64,000 bases of DNA, taken from assembly GCA_963845065.1 (NCBI GenBank), contig CAWJQQ010000001.1:1184001-1248000 (forward strand). Direction: 5' to 3'. Positions 39,225 through 49,236 of the stretch are shown piece after piece; position 1 is the stretch's first letter, and the number at the start of each line of letters is the position of its first letter. Source of the stretch: Nitrospirota bacterium (GTDB lineage Bacteria > Nitrospirota > UBA9217). A model generated the notes under the pieces. The model was not told the origin of the DNA. It did no database searches and saw nothing but the letters and a program-made list of their open reading frames with translations. The translations under genes were made by a program, and so were the position numbers.

Positions 39225-39289
39225 AGTCAGAAGACAGAAGGTAAAACTTTGCCTATAAAAGTCCATCATACCGAGTCTGTCCTCTGACT
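39225..39289. repeat. Heptamer-built inverted repeat between convergent genes, possible terminator or stabiliser
   Basis: AGTCAGAAGACAGA (39225-39238) versus TCTGTCCTCTGACT (39276-39289): 14 bp with one mismatch that is G-U on the minus strand. Confidence 0.55.
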
Positions 39290-39301
39290 GCCATAGCAAA
39301 A

Positions 39302-40483
39302 TTATTTCGGCGTAACCTTCAACTCAAGCGCATTGGCAGTTGAGCTGATCACTTCCACGGTAAAAGACCCGAAGTCTTTTAGCACAAGCTCATCAGAAAG
39401 TGTCTGGGCGCTGTTTTTCGAGTCTACGGAGATCTTTGCCATGGTTCCGTTAAAGCTTCGTTCGTGCAGGTCTTTGATGCCACGTACCTGGTTTCTGAGT
39501 ACATCTTTGAACTTGACGAACTGCGTCTTATTCAACCCGGAGATTGTGATATCGACAGTCCGCGTGCTGCCGGCCTCCTTTGAATAGAAAGCCAGTATTT
39601 TCCCCATCATCTCATCTGCTGCGGACGAGGCGGCCTTGCGGAGCGCTTCGATCCCGGCAGATTCCGCCGTGATGTGCACGGCAGCTGCGTGAGTCGTGAC
39701 TGCTGCAATGACCTGGCCAGTATCCGTGCGGACCGCCTTGGCAGAGAGGTCTGCTTGAACCGATTTCATCCCGCCCCCGATGTCGCCGTACAGTTTTGCA
39801 AGGGCTTTGCCGGTTATAACAACCTCGGCGTCCACCTCGCCACCGAGAGTTTTTGCCTGAGTGGCTGTCAGGTCCTGTACCTTGTACGCATTGGTCACAG
39901 TGAAATCTTTTATCGCAGTTGCATGATCGATGAATTCAAATCCTTTTTGAGTAAAAACATCGATGAACGTGTTTTCCACAACACCAATGTCGGTCTGCTC
40001 CCCTTGATAGCCCCCCCACCACCAAGCATACCATTCGTGCCCGATATTCTGCTCGGAGATCAGGATAATCGTGCGTGGTTTATGCATCTGACCGAGCAGG
40101 ATCCCGATTCCCGATAGGTCGTCAGTAAGCTGTCCCAGGGAGACCTCGGCATTGATATTCACTCGAAGAAGCCCGCCGTCCTCGGACTCACTCGCGACGC
40201 TGTACCGTTTGATGTAACCCTTGGTCTGGGATAGGATCTTGTCGCTAATGAGTTGGTAGTTTTCTACCTGGGTCTGCGAGTCGATCAGGATGCCGATTGC
40301 CTGTTCAACAGCCCGCTTTTGTGCGTCTTCTATCGCCGCATCGCGAGCGATATCGCGCGCATTGCCCTGGATGGCTGCCACGCCTTCTGCAGTGACCATT
40401 TTGGAGTCCTGTGCCCAGGTTGAAAAAGCCGCAACTGCAACGAGGGAAAATGCTACGATGATTATTTTTAGTGAACGAACCAT
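39302..40483 (-). CDS. Secreted protein with FlgT N-terminal-like domain
   Basis: Signal peptide ending AWA-Q-like; V.AEG.A....ARD.AI.DA.KRAVEQA.G..I.SQT.VEN pattern typical of FlgT_N/LPP20-like proteins. Confidence 0.62.
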   Translation of the reverse strand: MVRSLKIIIVAFSLVAVAAFSTWAQDSKMVTAEGVAAIQGNARDIARDAAIEDAQKRAVEQAIGILIDSQTQVENYQLISDKILSQTKGYIKRYSVASESEDGGLLRVNINAEVSLGQLTDDLSGIGILLGQMHKPRTIILISEQNIGHEWYAWWWGGYQGEQTDIGVVENTFIDVFTQKGFEFIDHATAIKDFTVTNAYKVQDLTATQAKTLGGEVDAEVVITGKALAKLYGDIGGGMKSVQADLSAKAVRTDTGQVIAAVTTHAAAVHITAESAGIEALRKAASSAADEMMGKILAFYSKEAGSTRTVDITISGLNKTQFVKFKDVLRNQVRGIKDLHERSFNGTMAKISVDSKNSAQTLSDELVLKDFGSFTVEVISSTANALELKVTPK

Positions 40484-40769
40484 ATTCCCACCTCCGTGAA
40501 GAATAGAAGAACAATTAAGAAATAATACCAGAGGTCGGGAATTAGGTCAACCTAGAAACAAAGGCATGGTGATGCTCTGTTTACCGGAACGGTGGACATG
40601 GGAACAACAATACGAGTCTTCAGCACCGTGATCACCGCGTAAACTTTTCCGGTAATGCGGTAGTTCTCGCTGTAGGATTGCTAATAAACCCGCGAAGATA
40701 AATTTTCTGGATATTTTAATGGATAGATGATAGAATTTAAAAATCGATAACATAAGGAGGAATGTCTGC

Positions 40770-41486
40770 GTGCCGAAGTTGTCAGTAAACATTGATCATA
40801 TCGCAACGATAAGACAGGCGAGACATGGAACGGAACCCGATCCTGTTGCTGCTGCCGTTCTCGCAGAATTGGCTGGTGCTTTAGGGATCATTGCCCATCT
40901 TCGGGAAGACCGCAGGCATGTGCAGGACAGAGATTTGCACCTGCTTCGGGAGACAGTCCAGACCAAATTGAACATGGAGATGGCAGCGACTGACGAGATG
41001 CAGCGGATAGCGCTCGAAGTCAAACCGAATTTTTCCACACTGGTTCCGGAAAAACGAGAAGAATTGACGACTGAAGGCGGTCTTGAGGTCGCCTCGCGTG
41101 TCGATTTTCTGAAATCCTACGTTGCAAGGCTACAGCAGGGAGGGATTATCGTCAGCCTCTTCGTTGACCCTGATGAAAAGCAAATTGCTGCTTCCAAAAT
41201 AACCGGCACTGACTGGGTTGAGATACATACTGGAGCCTATGCAAACGCGAGGACCGAAAAAGTTCGTCATGACGAGTTTGTCAAAATCGCAGAGGCCGCT
41301 AAACTTGCTGCGAGCTTGGGGCTACGCATCGGTGCAGGACATGGCCTGAATTATGTGAATGTCAGGAACATAGCTCGCATTCCGGAAGTATCAGAGCTGA
41401 ATATCGGCCACAGCATCATCTCTCGGGCAGCGCTTGTGGGCATGGACCGTGCAGTCAGGGAAATGAGCCAATTGGTTGAATCATAG
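40770..41486 (+). CDS. pdxJ: Pyridoxine 5'-phosphate synthase
   Basis: [52 protein letters not shown]. Confidence 0.96.
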   Translation: MPKLSVNIDHIATIRQARHGTEPDPVAAAVLAELAGALGIIAHLREDRRHVQDRDLHLLRETVQTKLNMEMAATDEMQRIALEVKPNFSTLVPEKREELTTEGGLEVASRVDFLKSYVARLQQGGIIVSLFVDPDEKQIAASKITGTDWVEIHTGAYANARTEKVRHDEFVKIAEAAKLAASLGLRIGAGHGLNYVNVRNIARIPEVSELNIGHSIISRAALVGMDRAVREMSQLVES

Positions 41487-41530
41487 GATAGTATTCTTAT
41501 CCATCGTAACGCAGGAGGCAGGAGAATGGT

Positions 41531-41932
41531 ATGATCATTGGTATTGGTATTGATCTCGTCAAGATCGATCGTATCGACAAGGCAGGAAAGCATGACGGAT
41601 TTTTGGAAAGGTTGTTCACGGACCGTGAGCGCGAATACTGCTCTCGCCAAAAATTCCCCGCGCAGCATTACGCGGCCAGATTCGCTGCAAAAGAGGCTGT
41701 GCTCAAGGCCATCGGAACCGGGTGGAGCGCCGGCATCAAATGGACTGACATGGAAGTTCTCCACGGCGAAGGAGGTGGCCCGATCGTGAACCTTACCGGC
41801 AGGGTCAAAGACCTCCTTGACCTCAAAGGAGTCAATCAGGTTTTCCTTAGTTATTCCCACGACGAAGGATTTGCCGTGGCGCAGGTGGTTCTCGTAGGAA
41901 AACCGCTGATCACTGGAGTGGAAAGTGATTAG
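41531..41932 (+). CDS. acpS: Holo-ACP synthase
   Basis: GIGIDLV, AARFAAKEA..KAIGTG, SYSHD. Confidence 0.95.
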   Translation: MIIGIGIDLVKIDRIDKAGKHDGFLERLFTDREREYCSRQKFPAQHYAARFAAKEAVLKAIGTGWSAGIKWTDMEVLHGEGGGPIVNLTGRVKDLLDLKGVNQVFLSYSHDEGFAVAQVVLVGKPLITGVESD

Positions 41933-41949
41933 GAAGATTGTGTAAAGAC

Positions 41950-43497
41950 ATGAAAATCGCAACTGCAAAACAAGTAAAAAATATTGACCGCAGGGCGACC
42001 AGGGAATTCGGCATTCCTGGTCCAGTCCTGATGGAGAATGCCGCGTCTGCCATCATGGCTGAAATGGAAAAATATTTTGATGGACTGATCGGTGTGCGTG
42101 TCGGAATTATTTGCGGTAAGGGGAATAACGGTGGTGATGGGCTCGCTCTTGCGCGAAGGCTCAGCATACGCGGAGTACCGGTGCGTGTAGCGTTGCTTGC
42201 ATCATTCACTGCCGTATCTGGTGAAGCAAAAGTCAACCTTTCCATCCTACGCAAGATGGATGTGGAAATCACTCAGAATGCTTCTGCACGTTTTGTCGCC
42301 GACATTTCCGAGTGGTCCGATATCATTGTTGATGCCATACTGGGCGTGGGATTGTCATCACCGTTAAAAGGCCTCTATGCGCAGGCTGTAGACACGATCA
42401 ACGCATCAGGCAGGCCGGTAGTTGCAATAGATGTCCCGACAGGTATAGACTCGGATACAGGGGCGGTGATGGGAACGGCCATAATGGCGGATCTTACGGT
42501 GACTATGGCCGTCCTAAAGCGCGGGATTATGGTTTTTCCAGGTGCCCGGAATGCGGGAGAGGTGCGGATTGCTGATATAGGAATCCCGTCAGAGGTCATT
42601 GAGAAAGAAAAGATCAACGTACGCTTATTGAATAAAGGCTCGCTCCTGGGCATCCTGGGACGCAGGGACCAAGACGCTCATAAAGGCGACTTCGGCCATC
42701 TCCTGGTGATAGCAGGATCACCGGGCAAGGCTGGCGCCGCAACTATGACGGCCAAAAGCGCTCTAAGGACAGGAACTGGGCTAGTGAGCGTAGGAACACC
42801 GAATGGACTAGTTCCGATCATCCAACAGCAATTGTTCGAAGCCATGTGCATCCCATCGGCGGAAAGCATTGACGGTACGATCGGGCTTGGGGCTGAAACT
42901 GAACTGCTCAAGGTGGCAGCAAAGATGAGTGCCTGCGCTATTGGCCCTGGTCTCTCGACACACTATGAAACAGTCACGATGGTGAGGAGCTTTCTGCAGC
43001 AAATCACGATCCCCATTGTTATAGATGCCGATGGTCTGAATGCACTAATTGGCTATCTTGATGTTATTAAAAAAAACAAGGGTCCTGTCATTATGACACC
43101 TCATCCTGGCGAGATGGCCAGACTGTTGGGCATAACAATATCGGATGTCCAGAAGGACAGGATCGGCATTGCCACAGTCTTTGCTGTGAAGTACAATGTA
43201 ACGATCGTGCTCAAGGGTGCGGGTACGGTGGTAGCGAATCCTGATGGCCTGGTATATATTAATAATACGGGAAATCCAGGCATGGCAACAGGTGGCACCG
43301 GTGACGCGTTGACGGGAATGATCGGCGGTTTCCTTGCCCAGGGATTTGCTTCTCTTCAAGCTGCTTGTCTAGGTGTGTATCTTCACGGTCTCGCAGGAGA
43401 TCTTGCGGCCAAGGAAAAGGGCGAAGCAGGAATGATTGCCGGTGACTTGATCGAGAAGATTCCACAAGCTCTGCAAGAAACGATTGAATCATCATAG
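41950..43497 (+). CDS. nnr: Bifunctional NAD(P)HX epimerase/dehydratase
   Basis: LMENA, CGKGNNGGDG, DVPTG, HKGDFG, DADGLN, TPHPGE, GGTGD. Confidence 0.94.
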   Translation: MKIATAKQVKNIDRRATREFGIPGPVLMENAASAIMAEMEKYFDGLIGVRVGIICGKGNNGGDGLALARRLSIRGVPVRVALLASFTAVSGEAKVNLSILRKMDVEITQNASARFVADISEWSDIIVDAILGVGLSSPLKGLYAQAVDTINASGRPVVAIDVPTGIDSDTGAVMGTAIMADLTVTMAVLKRGIMVFPGARNAGEVRIADIGIPSEVIEKEKINVRLLNKGSLLGILGRRDQDAHKGDFGHLLVIAGSPGKAGAATMTAKSALRTGTGLVSVGTPNGLVPIIQQQLFEAMCIPSAESIDGTIGLGAETELLKVAAKMSACAIGPGLSTHYETVTMVRSFLQQITIPIVIDADGLNALIGYLDVIKKNKGPVIMTPHPGEMARLLGITISDVQKDRIGIATVFAVKYNVTIVLKGAGTVVANPDGLVYINNTGNPGMATGGTGDALTGMIGGFLAQGFASLQAACLGVYLHGLAGDLAAKEKGEAGMIAGDLIEKIPQALQETIESS

Positions 43498-43582
43498 TTG
43501 GATACGCTCTTATCAAAATTCCATCAATCCTCGACATTGACTTTGGACATGTAGTTAAATTTATTTTTTCAGAGAGGTTTTT

Positions 43583-44041
43583 ATGTTGACCGCGAAAGAC
43601 ATCATGACAAATAAAGTAATAACCGTAACCCCTGACACTTCGATTGAGGAGCTTTCTTCCATACTCGTCAAGAACGAAATTAGCGGTGTACCAGTCGTTG
43701 ACGATTCAGGAATGCTTTATGGCATAATTACCGAGAATGACCTCATCTCGCAGAATAAACGGCTTCATATCCCGACAGTCGTTAGCTTTCTTGATGCTGC
43801 CATCTATCTCGAAAGTTCAAAGAAGTTTGAACAGGACGTAAAGCGATTAACGGCAACAAAAGTCAGAGAGATCTGCACCCGCAAGGTCGTAACGATAACT
43901 GAAGACGTAACACTCGTGGATATCGCCACGATCATGACCGAAAAGAAAATTCAACTTCTTCCGGTAGTCAAAGCCGGCAAGGTCATCGGTATCGTGGGAA
44001 AACGTGACATGCTCAAGGCAGTAACTCGACAGGCAGAATAG
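43583..44041 (+). CDS. CBS domain pair protein
   Basis: AKDIMT..V.TV.PDT, ISGVPVVD, GIITE.DL, LPVV...GIV. Confidence 0.88.
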   Translation: MLTAKDIMTNKVITVTPDTSIEELSSILVKNEISGVPVVDDSGMLYGIITENDLISQNKRLHIPTVVSFLDAAIYLESSKKFEQDVKRLTATKVREICTRKVVTITEDVTLVDIATIMTEKKIQLLPVVKAGKVIGIVGKRDMLKAVTRQAE

Positions 44042-44568
44042 TGTTCAGCGTTATCACCACAAACCAGGAGCAAACATGGCAGATTGGAGAAATGTTGGGC
44101 TCACGTCTTGAAGCCGGCGATACAGTCTGCCTCTATGGAGACCTCGGGGCTGGAAAAACGAGTTTTTCCTATGGCATCGCGTTGGGACTTGAGGTGGAGG
44201 AGCAATATATCACAAGCCCCACGTTTACGTTTGTGAATGAGTATCAGGGGAGGGTACCACTGTATCACATTGACCTTTATCGGCTGAACGATCCCGATGA
44301 GTTAGAAAATATAGGTTTCGAGGAGTACCTTGATTCAAACGGCGTAACGGTGATCGAGTGGGCCGAAAAGGCCGAAGATGTTCTGCCCGGAGAATGTTTA
44401 AGCGTTTATCTCTCGTATGTGAACGATAACAGCCGGGAAATAGGCTTCCTTGCGGAAGGGGAGCGCTACCAAGAGATAGTAGATGATTTGAGCGCCGAGC
44501 TAAAGAAAAATAAGCCTGATTCAATGAAAACCTCATTACATAATGGCGACATTATACCCGGGCCTTAA
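44041..44568 (+). CDS. tsaE: tRNA threonylcarbamoyladenosine biosynthesis ATPase
   Basis: GDLGAGKT, SPTF, YHIDLYR, IEWAE. Confidence 0.94.
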   Translation: MFSVITTNQEQTWQIGEMLGSRLEAGDTVCLYGDLGAGKTSFSYGIALGLEVEEQYITSPTFTFVNEYQGRVPLYHIDLYRLNDPDELENIGFEEYLDSNGVTVIEWAEKAEDVLPGECLSVYLSYVNDNSREIGFLAEGERYQEIVDDLSAELKKNKPDSMKTSLHNGDIIPGP

Positions 44569-44613
44569 CACGGGCTCGTTAAGTGATGTAGTGTTTTTGA
44601 ACAAGGCCGGTGA

Positions 44614-45474
44614 ATGTACGAGATGAAAAAAATAGGCATCATAGCAAAGGATATCCCTACTGCGTTGAAGGCCGCAAAGAAGCTGGCGGCTTGGCTTGAA
44701 TCGCGGGGAAAAAAAGTTTATATCGATAACGATACTGCCGCGTCTTTAAAAAAACGTGGACATGAACTCTCTGAACTTCCAGCCCTTGTCGAAATGCTGA
44801 TCGTACTTGGTGGTGATGGTACGCTTCTGTCCGCAGCGCGGCATGTTGCAGATGCACACACGAACGTACCAATATTCGGAGTCAACCTGGGGAGCCTCGG
44901 TTTCATGGCAGAAGTCTCACGTGACGAACTTTACGACAATCTCGAAAAAGCCATGGCGGGAAAACTAGAAACTGAGGAGAGGATGATGCTCGCGGCAAGT
45001 GTCATCCGAGCCGGAAGACGCATAGCACGATACCGTGTGTTGAACGATGCAGTGATCAATAAGGGCGCGCTCGCGCGTATGATGCAGCTAAAGATTACCG
45101 TAAGCGATGGATATCTGACTACGCTCAAGGCAGACGGTCTTATCGTTGCAACGCCAACGGGGTCTACTGCTTATTCGCTTTCCGCTGGCGGTCCTATTAT
45201 CCATCCAACAATCCACTGTTTCGTCGTAACGCCCATTTGTCCCCACACGCTGTCGAACCGGCCCATTGCTTTGCCTGATACCGTCGTGGTCAGCGTACGC
45301 CTGACTTCAAAGAGTGAAGATGTGTCTCTTACTCTGGACGGCCAGATTGGTTTTCCTCTCGTAATGAATGATGTTGTGGAGATTGAGCGGTCTCGGTTTA
45401 AGATGAGATTTATTAAACATCCTGTAAAAAGCTATTACGAAATTCTCAGGACAAAGCTTAAGTGGGGGAATTAA
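44614..45474 (+). CDS. nadK: NAD kinase
   Basis: LGGDGT, GVNLGSLGF, LNDAVI, ADGLIVATPTGSTAYSLSAGGP. Confidence 0.96.
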   Translation: MYEMKKIGIIAKDIPTALKAAKKLAAWLESRGKKVYIDNDTAASLKKRGHELSELPALVEMLIVLGGDGTLLSAARHVADAHTNVPIFGVNLGSLGFMAEVSRDELYDNLEKAMAGKLETEERMMLAASVIRAGRRIARYRVLNDAVINKGALARMMQLKITVSDGYLTTLKADGLIVATPTGSTAYSLSAGGPIIHPTIHCFVVTPICPHTLSNRPIALPDTVVVSVRLTSKSEDVSLTLDGQIGFPLVMNDVVEIERSRFKMRFIKHPVKSYYEILRTKLKWGN

Positions 45475-45532
45475 CAATTACGTTCAGCATTCAAAGTTCA
45501 TACTTCTTTAAACAATGATAGGTACATATTTC

Positions 45533-46336
45533 ATGGACGAAAATCTGCGGGTGCTTTTAGAAATTGTAACACATATTAAGGGGCATCTTGAATTTCAAAA
45601 AGCTCTTGGCGTGCGAGCGATCGCAGTGCCCTTACTCTTTGACCACAATGCCGAAACTACTGTGGAAAATAATAAAAATCAGCTCAATTCAGTCTTTGCC
45701 AGTGCGGAAAGTGCAATAAAGCAAAACATTTCTTTCAAGAAAGAGCCTGAGGTGAAGATCATCTCAGGTGAACCGTCTTCTCTTGACTCGATAAGAGAGG
45801 CATTAGGGAATTGCAGCCGATGCAAGCTTCATCAAAACAGAAACGCCATCGTCTTTGGTGAGGGCAACGGTCAGGCTCAGCTCGTTTTTATAGGAGAAGG
45901 TCCTGGCTATGAAGAAGACCAGCAGGGAAATCCATTTGTTGGGGAAGCGGGACGGTTGTTAACCGACATAATCGTCAAGGGGATGAAGCTTAAGCGGGAA
46001 GAGGTATATATCTGCAACGTCGTAAAATGTCGGCCACCGAACAATCGAACCCCGGAGTCGGAAGAAATTGCAGCTTGTGAACCATTTCTGCGCAAACAGA
46101 TCCTGTCGATCAAACCAAAGGTAATCGTTACATTGGGCAACGTCCCTACTCAGACACTGCTTAAAACAAAAGACGGGATCACGAAGCTTCGCGGGAAGTG
46201 GCGGGTCTTTGAGGGAATACCGCTCATGCCAACCTTTCACCCTGCCTATCTTCTCAGAAATCCTAAAGACAAAGCACTTGTCTGGGAAGACATCCAGAGG
46301 GTCATGACGAAGCTAGAAAAGAAAGTGAAAGAATAG
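45533..46336 (+). CDS. Family 4 uracil-DNA glycosylase (Fe-S)
   Basis: CSRCKL, GEGPG..ED..G.PFVG, NVVKCRPP.NR, TFHPAYLLR; alternative start 45515. Confidence 0.92.
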   Translation: MDENLRVLLEIVTHIKGHLEFQKALGVRAIAVPLLFDHNAETTVENNKNQLNSVFASAESAIKQNISFKKEPEVKIISGEPSSLDSIREALGNCSRCKLHQNRNAIVFGEGNGQAQLVFIGEGPGYEEDQQGNPFVGEAGRLLTDIIVKGMKLKREEVYICNVVKCRPPNNRTPESEEIAACEPFLRKQILSIKPKVIVTLGNVPTQTLLKTKDGITKLRGKWRVFEGIPLMPTFHPAYLLRNPKDKALVWEDIQRVMTKLEKKVKE

Positions 46337-46433
46337 TGTGCAGATATTCAGATGGAAGAAGTCAGACGAAAGCTAAGAAATCTCTCCCGGCATCCTGTCG
46401 TCTGAACTTTGTCTTCCGCTCCCAGTTTCTATT

Positions 46434-49115
46434 ATGCCCGACTTAACACCTCTCATGAAACAATACCGCGAGATCAAGCACCGGCACCTCGACGCTATCC
46501 TGCTTTTTCGCATGGGTGATTTCTACGAGATGTTCGATCAGGACGCGGTGACTGCCTCAAAAGTGCTCGAAATCACGCTTACGGCACGGAATAAGTCCAA
46601 AGGCATCGAGACGCCGCTCTGCGGCTTCCCCTATCACGCGGCAGAGGGCTACATTGCGAAGCTCATCCGTCGCGGGTTCAAGGTCGCCGTGTGCGAGCAG
46701 GTTGAGGACCCAAAGCTCGCAAAGGGGATCGTAAAGCGTGAAGTGATTCGGGTGGTCACGCCGGGAACGGTGCTGGACTCGAACCTCCTCGACGCAAAAG
46801 ACAACAACTATCTGGCATCCATCTATCCAGCGAAAGAAGGCTTTGGCTTATCCTTTCTCGACATTTCTACTGGCGATTTCTCTCTAGCCGAAGTTCAGGG
46901 CGTTGATAGTTTCGCCGAACTAGATACCATGTTGGCACGGTTCTCGCCGCGTGAGATTGTTCTGCCGAAAGGATATCAACCGTCCGACGGACTCTCAACA
47001 GTACTCCACCAATATACGCAAGCAATCAACACATACGATGATTGGAACTTTGATTGGAAAACGGCGATGCGCGCCCTTCTGGAACATTTCAAGACTTCAT
47101 CTCTCGAAGGTTTCGGCTGCAACGGTATGAAGGCTGGTATTTCTGCAGCCGGCGCAGCACTGAGGTACATCGAAGAAACACAGAAAACGGCCCTCACGAA
47201 CATTCGCACGATCCGCCCGTTCCTGGTCCGTGAATATATGGTCCTCGATGGATCATGCCAACGTAATCTGGAATTGGCAAAAAACATATACGACGGCTCG
47301 AACAGAGGAACACTTCTCGCTGTTCTTGATTTCACCGTAACATCCATGGGAGGCAGAAAACTGCGCGAATGGCTTTTGAATCCGCTCATGGATGCGCGAG
47401 AAATAGAACGGCGTCTCGATGTCGTCGCTGAATTCAAGGATAGTCATCAATTTCGGTCTGATCTCAGGACTTCTCTGAGTGCCGTGTATGATCTGGAGCG
47501 CCTTATAAGCCGTGTATCCCTGAGTGCGTCGAATGCCCGTGATCTGATCGCACTCAAACATTCTTTTATAGCGATGCCGGGCATCAAAGAGCTGCTTACC
47601 GGCTGTTCTGCCCGGCTGATCTATGATCTGGCGGAGGGATGGGATGATCTAAGGGATGTATACCAGATTATCGATAAGGCAATTTACGAAGATCCGCCCT
47701 ATACGCTACGTGAAGGAAAACTTATCAAAAAAGGATTTAACTCTGAACTCGACGAATTGCGCTCAATCAGTTCCGAAGGCAAGGGCTGGATCGCGGGAAT
47801 CGAGCAACGCGAACGTGAACGCACTGGCATAGGCTCGCTCAAAGTGAGCTATAACAGGGTTTTTGGATATTATATCGAAATAACCAAGGCCAACTTGGCG
47901 AACGTGCCGCAGGATTATCTCCGCAAGCAAACGCTCACGAATGCAGAACGGTTCATTACTCCGGAACTGAAAGAATACGAGGAAAAAGTACTTGGCGCAG
48001 AGGAAAAGATCCTCGATATTGAGTACCGGCTCTTTCAACAGGTGCGCGAAACAATCTCCGGCCAGACCGTCCGTATCCAGGACATGGGGAAAAGACTTGC
48101 TATCCTTGATTGCCTATTATCAATTGCGGAAGCTGCTGCAAAGAACTCATATGCACGGCCGATAGTCCTCGATGACGATTCACTTCGAATAGTCGAGGGG
48201 AGGCATCCGGTCATCGAGCAGCTCTTTGCTGAAGAACGCTTTATCCCGAACGATACGGTTCTCGACTGCGAGGAAAACCAGCTCTTGATCATTACGGGCC
48301 CGAACATGGCAGGCAAATCGACGTACATGCGCCAGGTTGCATTGATCACTCTCATGGCTCAAATGGGAAGTTTCGTACCCGCGCGGGAAGCGCAGATCGG
48401 ACTCGTTGACCGTATTTTTACGCGTGTTGGAGCATCAGATTTCATCACCCGCGGACAAAGCACGTTCATGGTAGAGATGAATGAAACTGCTAACATACTT
48501 AACAACGCTACGGATAGGAGCCTCATTATTCTCGACGAGATCGGCAGGGGTACGAGCACCTTTGACGGGATCAGCATTGCCTGGGCTGTGGCCGAGTATA
48601 TCCATACTAAGCTCGGAGCCCGGACGTTATTTGCTACACATTACCATGAGCTTACCGAACTTGCTCTTACCATGGACCGGGTAAAGAACTATACCGTGGC
48701 CATTAAGGAGTGGAACGACCAAATCATCTTCTTGCGTAAAGTTATCGAGGGAGGAGCGGACAAATCCTACGGCATTCAAGTGGCCCGTCTCGCTGGCTTG
48801 CCGCCGGCCGTTATCAACCGTGCCAAGGAGGTTCTTGCTAACCTTGAAAAGGCGGAGTTTAACGAGATGGGTGAACCAGTAGCCGCATCAAAAATCGGAA
48901 CATGGGAGGGGCGGACGACGGGGGTACAGGGAGATAAAAACAAAAATATAGGAAATTCTATCGGTACGGAAGCGATCGAGCCCGAACTCGGGCTTTTTGC
49001 GAGCGAAGCAGGCCTGCTCTTTAAGGAGCTTCAGGATCTAAACCTCGACACCATGACGCCGCTTGATGCCATGAATAAACTTCACGAAATTAAGAAGAAA
49101 GTGAGTGGCGTATGA
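46434..49115 (+). CDS. mutS: DNA mismatch repair protein MutS
   Basis: TPLMKQY, FRMGDFYEMF, TGPNMAGKSTYMRQ, STFMVEM, DEIGRGTST, ATHYHEL, SYGIQVA. Confidence 0.97.
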   Translation: MPDLTPLMKQYREIKHRHLDAILLFRMGDFYEMFDQDAVTASKVLEITLTARNKSKGIETPLCGFPYHAAEGYIAKLIRRGFKVAVCEQVEDPKLAKGIVKREVIRVVTPGTVLDSNLLDAKDNNYLASIYPAKEGFGLSFLDISTGDFSLAEVQGVDSFAELDTMLARFSPREIVLPKGYQPSDGLSTVLHQYTQAINTYDDWNFDWKTAMRALLEHFKTSSLEGFGCNGMKAGISAAGAALRYIEETQKTALTNIRTIRPFLVREYMVLDGSCQRNLELAKNIYDGSNRGTLLAVLDFTVTSMGGRKLREWLLNPLMDAREIERRLDVVAEFKDSHQFRSDLRTSLSAVYDLERLISRVSLSASNARDLIALKHSFIAMPGIKELLTGCSARLIYDLAEGWDDLRDVYQIIDKAIYEDPPYTLREGKLIKKGFNSELDELRSISSEGKGWIAGIEQRERERTGIGSLKVSYNRVFGYYIEITKANLANVPQDYLRKQTLTNAERFITPELKEYEEKVLGAEEKILDIEYRLFQQVRETISGQTVRIQDMGKRLAILDCLLSIAEAAAKNSYARPIVLDDDSLRIVEGRHPVIEQLFAEERFIPNDTVLDCEENQLLIITGPNMAGKSTYMRQVALITLMAQMGSFVPAREAQIGLVDRIFTRVGASDFITRGQSTFMVEMNETANILNNATDRSLIILDEIGRGTSTFDGISIAWAVAEYIHTKLGARTLFATHYHELTELALTMDRVKNYTVAIKEWNDQIIFLRKVIEGGADKSYGIQVARLAGLPPAVINRAKEVLANLEKAEFNEMGEPVAASKIGTWEGRTTGVQGDKNKNIGNSIGTEAIEPELGLFASEAGLLFKELQDLNLDTMTPLDAMNKLHEIKKKVSGV

Positions 49116-49170
49116 TCATACCGGACATATTAAAACGTTCAGTTCTTCACAACGGGGTCGTACTTCTTTG

Positions 49171-49200
49171 TTGACACTTTGCCCCTGTTTCTGGTAATAT
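49171..49200 (+). promoter_or_regulatory. Sigma70-type promoter for rplI
   Basis: TTGACA (49171-49176), 18 nt, TAATAT (49195-49200) preceded by TGG; AAAGGAG RBS before ATG 49237. Confidence 0.55.
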
Positions 49201-49236
49201 CGTGCTATCATTCACTCGAAAGGAGCAGTATCATAC

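Noticed and set aside
41351..41968. 205-aa minus-strand ORF
   Set aside because: Shadow of pdxJ, acpS and nnr
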